NCBI GenBank assembly: GCA_049303155.1
Contig: JBAQMW010000339.1
Location: 1 to 49,238 of the forward strand
Source: Thermodesulfobacteriota bacterium
GTDB lineage: Bacteria; Desulfobacterota; GWC2-55-46; DRQE01
DNA: 49,238 nt
Reading direction: 5' to 3'
Made by a program: the position numbers and the translations under genes. The notes under the pieces are model-generated. The model was not told where the DNA came from, did no database searches, and saw nothing but the letters and a program-made list of their open reading frames with translations. Within the stretch, counting starts at the first letter, position 1, and every line of letters starts with the position of its first letter. Positions 44,373-49,238 of this stretch are shown here, piece after piece.

Positions 44373-44884
44373 TTTATCTCCACTACCGCTTCACCCGGCG
44401 ACACCCTTTTCGGAGGCACAGGGGTTTCGTCCGCATAACCGATAGGAGTTATTACGACAGGCATCAGGTTATCCGGCAGTTTCAAGGCAGCCGAGACCTC
44501 GTCTTCGTCGAAGGCCCCCACCCATACGCTTCCGAGCCCGATGGAGTGGGCGAGGAGCATCATGTTCTGGATGCTGCAGGAGACGTCCTGAATGGCGTAG
44601 AGATGAGCCCCGCGCTCCATGTAGTGGCGTCTTATGGTCATGTCCGCGCACCCGACTACGACGAGAGGGGCTTCTCTGATGAAATCCTGGTCAAGCGCGG
44701 CCAAAACGAGCTTTTCCTTTATTTTGTTGTTATAAATGAAATAAAACCGCCTTTTTTGCAGGTTCCCCGCGCTCGGCGCCCAGATAAGGGCTTCTTTGAG
44801 AAGTTCTATCTTGGAGGATTCCACCGGAGAATTCTTAAATCTCCTTATGGACCTTCTTTCTTTTATGGCCTGAAGGACTTCCAT
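44369..44884 (-). CDS. nitroreductase-family flavoprotein
   Basis: 171 aa. KERRSIRRF N-terminus, PSAGNLQ. Its stop overlaps the nrdJ start by 4 nt. Confidence 0.8.
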   Translation of the reverse strand: MEVLQAIKERRSIRRFKNSPVESSKIELLKEALIWAPSAGNLQKRRFYFIYNNKIKEKLVLAALDQDFIREAPLVVVGCADMTIRRHYMERGAHLYAIQDVSCSIQNMMLLAHSIGLGSVWVGAFDEDEVSAALKLPDNLMPVVITPIGYADETPVPPKRVSPGEAVVEIK

Positions 44885-44935
44885 GACTCACCTTATGGTT
44901 AATATTAGCAGGGTCTTTCCTTTGGCGCAAGCAGG

Positions 44936-45022
44936 CAAGGGCTGAGCCCTTGACCCGCAATGCTTGAATTCGCGTTGTGGTATGCGTACCATCGTGGCCT
45001 ATTGATTCATCGTGCCGTGCGG
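44936..45022 (+). repeat. interspersed repeat family A, copy A2
   Basis: caagggctgagcccttgacccgcaatgcttgaatt..ggtatgcgtaccatcgtggcctattgattcatcgtgccgtgcgg. Confidence 0.85.
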
Positions 45023-45026
45023 ATGC

Positions 45027-45060
45027 AAAAAAAAGGGCGGGCCTTTGGCCCGCCCTTTTT
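45027..45060 (-). terminator. rho-independent terminator of trxA (symmetrical, A-run / T-run on both sides)
   Basis: 9-bp GC stem gggcgggcc / ggcccgccc with a short loop. Read on the minus strand it is followed by a run of eight T. Lies 21 nt past the trxA stop. Confidence 0.8.
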
Positions 45061-45080
45061 AAGCCGTGAAGTTTTCCGCT

Positions 45081-45407
45081 TTACAGCGCTTTTTCAATGA
45101 GTTCTTTTATCTGATTTTTCGGAACCGCGCCTACGACCTGATCGACCACCTGCCCGTTTTTGAAGAGTATGAGGGTCGGTATGCCGCGCACTCCGTATTT
45201 GCCGGGCGTGGATGGGTTATCGTCCACGTTCATCTTGGTTACTTTTATCTTTCCGGCGTATTCCTCGGAAATCTCTTCAACGAGCGGCGCGATGGCCTTG
45301 CAAGGCGCGCACCACGCGGCCCAGAAGTCAACGAGCGCGGGCACGGAGGACTTCAATATTATCGCGTCGAAACTCGAATCCGTCACTTCAAGCATTTTCC
45401 CCGCCAT
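45081..45407 (-). CDS. trxA: thioredoxin
   Basis: 108 aa, active site WAAWCAPCK, aaaggag SD. Confidence 0.92.
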   Translation of the reverse strand: MAGKMLEVTDSSFDAIILKSSVPALVDFWAAWCAPCKAIAPLVEEISEEYAGKIKVTKMNVDDNPSTPGKYGVRGIPTLILFKNGQVVDQVVGAVPKNQIKELIEKAL

Positions 45408-45437
45408 GAGACGACTCCTTTAGGTTAGTTATCATGT

Positions 45438-45466
45438 AGTATAGACAAGAGCCTATACCTTGTCAA
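45438..45466 (-). promoter_or_regulatory. putative sigma70-type promoter of trxA
   Basis: Minus strand: TTGACA (45461-45466), 17-nt spacer, TATACT (45438-45443). Confidence 0.55.
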
Positions 45467-45475
45467 TATTTTCCG

Positions 45476-45562
45476 CAAGGGCTGAGCCCTTGACCCATAA
45501 TGTTTCAACTTGCACTTGGGTATGCACGCCATAGTGGCCTATTTATTCATTGTGCCGTCCGC
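45476..45562 (+). repeat. interspersed repeat family A, copy A3
   Basis: caagggctgagcccttgacccataatgtttcaacttgcac..ggtatgcacgccatagtggcctatttattcattgtgccgtccgc. Confidence 0.85.
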
Positions 45563-45653
45563 AAGGACAGGGGCGACCCTGCACCCATAATATTTCAACT
45601 TGCCCCCATGCCATGCGCACCATTGGAGCTTAGCAATTCACTTCGCCGTCCGC
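45562..45653 (+). repeat. interspersed repeat family A, copy A4 (tandem to A3, more diverged)
   Basis: caaggacaggggcgaccctgcacccataatatttcaacttgccc...cacttcgccgtccgc. Shares its boundary ccgtccgcaagg with A3. Confidence 0.75.
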
Positions 45654-45708
45654 AAGAGTTGTATTTTATCTTGACACAAGGCCGTCAATGCGTGCAATAT
45701 ATTATTAT

Positions 45709-46029
45709 ATGAAAGAGCATGAACTTTTGGAGCTTCTTGAGCGCTCGGTCGAGAAACTCTCCATAAAACTCAACTATGACGACCTGAGAAAGGGAGAGAT
45801 AAACACCCACGGAGGCGCATACGTCTTGCGCGGGGAGAGGTTTATAACGGCGCACAAGCACCTTTCGCCGAGCGAAAAGATAGATCTTCTCCTTGAAGCG
45901 CTTTCCGAGGTCGAAACCGAAGGCGTGCATCTGCCGCCGGAGGTGCGCCAAAAGCTCGATGAGGTAAAAAACGCCCGTTTAAGGCGCGCCGCGAGGCATC
46001 TTCATCATGACGGCACGATGAATCGATAA
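45709..46029 (+). CDS. hypothetical small protein (106 aa), predicted helical
   Basis: ORF with local codon style. TTGACA at 45671-45676 and TGCAAT/CAATAT around 45693-45700 put the listed ATG 45688 inside the promoter, so ATG 45709 is preferred. No recognisable motif. Confidence 0.45.
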   Translation: MKEHELLELLERSVEKLSIKLNYDDLRKGEINTHGGAYVLRGERFITAHKHLSPSEKIDLLLEALSEVETEGVHLPPEVRQKLDEVKNARLRRAARHLHHDGTMNR

Positions 46030-46040
46030 GCCTTCGCAAT

Positions 46041-46095
46041 GCTCCGATGTCTCAATACGGAGCACCCCGTATCCAAAGGCATCGGGGTGCGCATG
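46041..46095 (+). repeat. family E module, copy E2 (followed by an inverted family A head at approx 46099-46143)
   Basis: gctccgatgtctcaatacggagcaccccgtatccaaaggcatcggggtg. The stem caccccg/cggggtg differs from E1 cgtcccg/cgggacg by two compensated pairs. Confidence 0.8.
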
Positions 46096-46146
46096 GCGCC
46101 GGGCAAGTTGAGGCATTTCGCGGGTCGGGCGTCACGCCCGCCAAAA

Positions 46147-46175
46147 TTGACACGACCCTCCCGTAATGTTATAAT
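46147..46175 (+). promoter_or_regulatory. consensus sigma70-type promoter of the TPR gene
   Basis: Exact TTGACA (46147-46152), 17-nt spacer, exact TATAAT (46170-46175). Confidence 0.65.
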
Positions 46176-46194
46176 AATCTGATATAAAAAGCGG

Positions 46195-47976
46195 GTGTCT
46201 GCCATAAGTCCGCAAAATTCTCCGTTAATAATGAGGTCTATGCGTAAAATATTTAAGAAGATATGGCCGCTTGCCGTTGCGCTGTCTTTGATTTCAACGG
46301 GACAGGCCGTTTCAGGGGAGGGGTTTTCCGGGAAGAACCAGCCCAAACCCAAGTTCGACAGGCAACCACCGGCTAAGCAAAACCTGACCGACCTTTACTA
46401 TTACTACCTTATGGCCCAGATGTTAAGGGACGCCGATAACATAAACGGCGCGATAGAATTCTACAAGAAGGCCGTTGAGATAGATCCCGCCTCCCCCGTG
46501 CTTTTTTCGGAACTCGCCCATCTCTATCTCATAAAGGGCGACATGGAAATGGGCGTATCGCTCCTTGAAAAGGCAAAGGACGTGGACCCGGAGTACCTTC
46601 AGGCGAGGCTTTTACTGGGCGAGATATACACTACGCTTAAGAAGTACGACGAGGCCATAGACGAGTACAAGAAGGCCTCCGAATTGTCGCCCGGCAATCA
46701 CAAGATGGATATGTTGCTTGTTGCCCTCTATCTCGGCAAGGAGGATTATGACGCGGCCGCCGCTCTCATGGAAAATCTCGTCAAGATGAACCCGGAGTCG
46801 ATAATAGGGTATTATTATCTCGGCAAGATCGAGGCGGGAAGGAAGCGTTTCGAGAAGGCCATAGGGCATTATAATAAGGCAATCGGGATAAATCCTTCGT
46901 TTCAGTCCGCATACGTGGAAATAGCTAAAATCCATGAACTGGGCAATAAAATCACGGAAGCGATAGAGGTATACAAAAAGGCGCTCACGATAGAGCCTGA
47001 CCCGGAGATAACCAGAAGGCTGGCCAATCTCCTTATCCAGCAAGGCCGGTACGACGAGGCGGTTTCGCAGTTAGAGGAACTAAAGAAGGTCGAGGCCTTG
47101 AGGAACGACGCCGCGACGAGGATAGGACTCATATATTTCGAGCAAAAGAGATACGACGAGGCAATAAAGGCGTTCGCCGGAATCCTCAAGGAAGAACCCG
47201 CGTTGGACAAGGTGAGGTATTATCTCGGCGCGGTTTACGAGGAAAAAGGCGATTTTGAGAGCGCGGCCAAGGAATTTAAGCGTATAGACAAAAAGGGCGG
47301 GGACGCCTTCGTGGATTCGAAGATACATCTCGCATTCATATACGAGAGGCAGGGCCGTATTGACGACGCGGCTCTGGAGGTAAAAGAAGCAATAAAGGTT
47401 AAGGGCGCGGACACCGAACTCTTGCGCCTTCTTGCTTCGCTCTATAGATCAGGCAAGAGGCCGGGCGACGCCATAGAGGTGTTGCAGGACGCGCTCAAGC
47501 TCGAGCCGGGGAATACGGAACTGCATTTTTCGATAGGCGTGGCGTACGACGAGGCCGGCAGGTGGGAAGACGGGCTGAAGCACATGAGGAAGGTTCTGGA
47601 GATAAACCGAGACAGCGCGAACGCGCTTAACTACATAGGTTACACCTTCGCCGAGAAGGGCATAAATCTCGATGAGGCCGAAGACTACATAAGGAAAGCC
47701 TTGATACTGGAACCCGAAAGCGGCCACATAATAGACAGTCTCGGGTGGGTGTATTTTAAAAAGGGTGATTTTAAAAACGCCATAACGGAGTTAGAGAAGG
47801 CTACGAAGTATCTCCCGAACGACTCGACCGTCGCCGAACACCTTGGCGACGCCTATCTGAGCGGAAGTTTCAAGGATAAAGCCGTCTCCGCCTACGAGAA
47901 GGCCGCTACGATTTCGCCTTCGAACGAACCTCTGAAAGAAAAACTTGATAAACTCAGGCAGGAACTCAAAAAGTAG
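46195..47976 (+). CDS. secreted tetratricopeptide-repeat protein
   Basis: Signal-peptide-like KKIWPLAVALSLISTGQAVSG, then many 34-residue TPR units (A..Y..A..I.P pattern). The true start is probably ATG 46231 or 46240 rather than GTG 46195. Confidence 0.8.
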   Translation: MSAISPQNSPLIMRSMRKIFKKIWPLAVALSLISTGQAVSGEGFSGKNQPKPKFDRQPPAKQNLTDLYYYYLMAQMLRDADNINGAIEFYKKAVEIDPASPVLFSELAHLYLIKGDMEMGVSLLEKAKDVDPEYLQARLLLGEIYTTLKKYDEAIDEYKKASELSPGNHKMDMLLVALYLGKEDYDAAAALMENLVKMNPESIIGYYYLGKIEAGRKRFEKAIGHYNKAIGINPSFQSAYVEIAKIHELGNKITEAIEVYKKALTIEPDPEITRRLANLLIQQGRYDEAVSQLEELKKVEALRNDAATRIGLIYFEQKRYDEAIKAFAGILKEEPALDKVRYYLGAVYEEKGDFESAAKEFKRIDKKGGDAFVDSKIHLAFIYERQGRIDDAALEVKEAIKVKGADTELLRLLASLYRSGKRPGDAIEVLQDALKLEPGNTELHFSIGVAYDEAGRWEDGLKHMRKVLEINRDSANALNYIGYTFAEKGINLDEAEDYIRKALILEPESGHIIDSLGWVYFKKGDFKNAITELEKATKYLPNDSTVAEHLGDAYLSGSFKDKAVSAYEKAATISPSNEPLKEKLDKLRQELKK

Positions 47977-48598
47977 CAGGGTCGCGGCGTATCTCGCGGT
48001 CTTTTTGATTCTTCTTTCAGGATGCGCCCTGCTCCGCACCGAAGAACGAACCCCCTCAGCCGGAAAATTAGAAAGAGAAAATCTTATAGCCCTCAAGGCC
48101 TACGCCGTTATTGAGGCGTTATTGCCGGAGTCCGGCGACAAGATAGCCGCGAGGGCAATCGTTTATCTTAAACTTCCGGACATGGCGCGGATAGAGGTGA
48201 TGGGGCCGTTTAACGGGCTTGCCGTTGTTATCGTGTCAAGCGGCAAAGATTGTTCGTATGCCGTAAACGGAGAGGCTAAGCCGTGCGGAGGGAATACGTT
48301 CTTTGACGCGGTTCCGGGTTCCTCGGTAAAGTTTTTAATGGGTTCGATTGACAAGGCCGATTTTAAAGGCAACGGCCGGATAACGGCCGAGAACGGCATG
48401 ACTATTTTAAATTACGAAGGCTACTCTCTTATCGTGGAGCTTTCCGATTACAGGGACGTCCGAGGGATAAGCCTGCCCTTTTCCCTAAAAACCTTTGCCA
48501 AGGACAAAACATTCCACATAAAATATTCTTCCGTCGAATTAAACCCTTCGGAGCTTTCGGGCGATACGGCGGGATTTTTCACTCTTGCGCCGCGTTAA
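47945..48598 (+). CDS. putative lipoprotein (possibly LolB-like)
   Basis: Lipobox LLSGC after a hydrophobic stretch; beta-rich remainder. The TTG start at 47945 is uncertain. Confidence 0.55.
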   Translation: MINSGRNSKSSRVAAYLAVFLILLSGCALLRTEERTPSAGKLERENLIALKAYAVIEALLPESGDKIAARAIVYLKLPDMARIEVMGPFNGLAVVIVSSGKDCSYAVNGEAKPCGGNTFFDAVPGSSVKFLMGSIDKADFKGNGRITAENGMTILNYEGYSLIVELSDYRDVRGISLPFSLKTFAKDKTFHIKYSSVELNPSELSGDTAGFFTLAPR

Positions 48599-48632
48599 GC
48601 GGTAGTGGCGCGATGCATCGTGCCACTACCGC
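48599..48632. terminator. 34-nt near-perfect palindrome between convergent genes (candidate bidirectional terminator)
   Basis: gcggtagtggcgcgatg / catcgtgccactaccgc. Overlaps the stop codon of the minus-strand mutase gene. Only a short T-run follows on the plus strand. Confidence 0.5.
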
Positions 48633-49238
48633 GGCGTTTTGAACCCGGGCCAAACGGCCTTCAATTCCTTGTACACGAAGGCCTTGAACTTATCGAGAAG
48701 TTCCGTGCTTTCCGCCTCAAAGCGCATTACGAGCACGGGCTGGGTGTTGCTTGCCCTGACGAGACCCCACCCACCCTCGAATATCACCCTTAAGCCGTCT
48801 ATGTCCACCACGCCGCGTATCGTTGCGTCCCCGGCTTTTTTTATCGCTTGCTTAAGCCGCTCCGCGACTCCGAACTTTTCGTCGTCCGGACACTCTACCC
48901 TTATCTCGGGCGTTACGAAGGTTTTCGGCAGGTCTGAAAGAAGTTCCGAGAAGGCGAAGTCCGGCTTTTTTTTTCTTTTTTCAACGAGTATCTCCGCGAG
49001 GCGGCAGGACGAGTATACGGCGTCGTCGAATCCGAAATAACGGTCAGCGAAGAATATGTGGCCGCTCATCTCTCCGGCCATCGCGGCCTTGAGTTCCTTC
49101 ATGCGGGATTTTATGAGAGAATGCCCCGTCTTCCACATGACCGGGTTTCCTCCGAGCCGCTTTATCTCGTCGTACATGATTTGCGAGCATTTGACCTCTC
49201 CGACTATCGTAGAGCCGGGGAGTTTTTCGAGTATGCTT
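48626..49238 (-). CDS. phosphomannomutase/phosphoglucomutase (alpha-D-phosphohexomutase), C-terminal portion; 5' end outside the window
   Basis: GEMSGHIFF sugar-binding loop and a C-terminal domain IV (RASNTQPVLVMRFEA). The frame stays open upstream of the listed ATG to the window edge. Confidence 0.85.
   Translation of the reverse strand, partial: SILEKLPGSTIVGEVKCSQIMYDEIKRLGGNPVMWKTGHSLIKSRMKELKAAMAGEMSGHIFFADRYFGFDDAVYSSCRLAEILVEKRKKKPDFAFSELLSDLPKTFVTPEIRVECPDDEKFGVAERLKQAIKKAGDATIRGVVDIDGLRVIFEGGWGLVRASNTQPVLVMRFEAESTELLDKFKAFVYKELKAVWPGFKTPR

Overview
49.2-kb bacterial chromosomal window, densely coding, apparently from an anaerobe (short cobalamin MetH, class II RNR, many radical SAM genes); I cannot assign a taxon. 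No rRNA, CRISPR array, transposase or integrase was recognised. Layout, left to right: (1) chemotaxis module cheA (5' truncated by the window edge)-cheY-cheW plus a divergent MCP-like transducer. (2) HlyD/ABC-2 exporter. (3) A translationally coupled RHH-PIN-(HEPN-like) operon. (4) metH, tRNA-Asn, arfB, corA. (5) An accessory stretch at 13.8-22.1 kb. It holds a second RHH-PIN pair inserted at a duplicated corA 3' end, an inverted-repeat-bounded gene with two Rx4H (HEPN-like) motifs, and a 960-aa Hsp70-like protein fused to an approx 40-residue-period solenoid. It also holds a tight four-gene operon: Ycf46-type AAA+ fused to an M41 (FtsH-like) peptidase, DUF1257, DUF2997, and an NrdG-like radical SAM activase. 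This operon is my best candidate for an undescribed system. (6) An 18-kb glycan biosynthesis cluster (22.4-40.5 kb) with two flippases and a block of four radical SAM enzymes (two SPASM-like, two B12-binding). (7) Housekeeping genes: acpS, nucleoside phosphorylase, rpe, nrdJ, nitroreductase, trxA, TPR protein, lipoprotein, and a phosphohexomutase truncated by the window edge. Almost every longer intergenic region is built from a few families of interspersed palindromic repeats. One repeat sits in-frame inside the Hsp70-like gene; another copy forms a whole intergenic spacer including the Shine-Dalgarno site of fcl. All functional calls rest on motifs read from the supplied translations. No database search was run, and coordinates of non-coding elements may be off by 1-2 nt.
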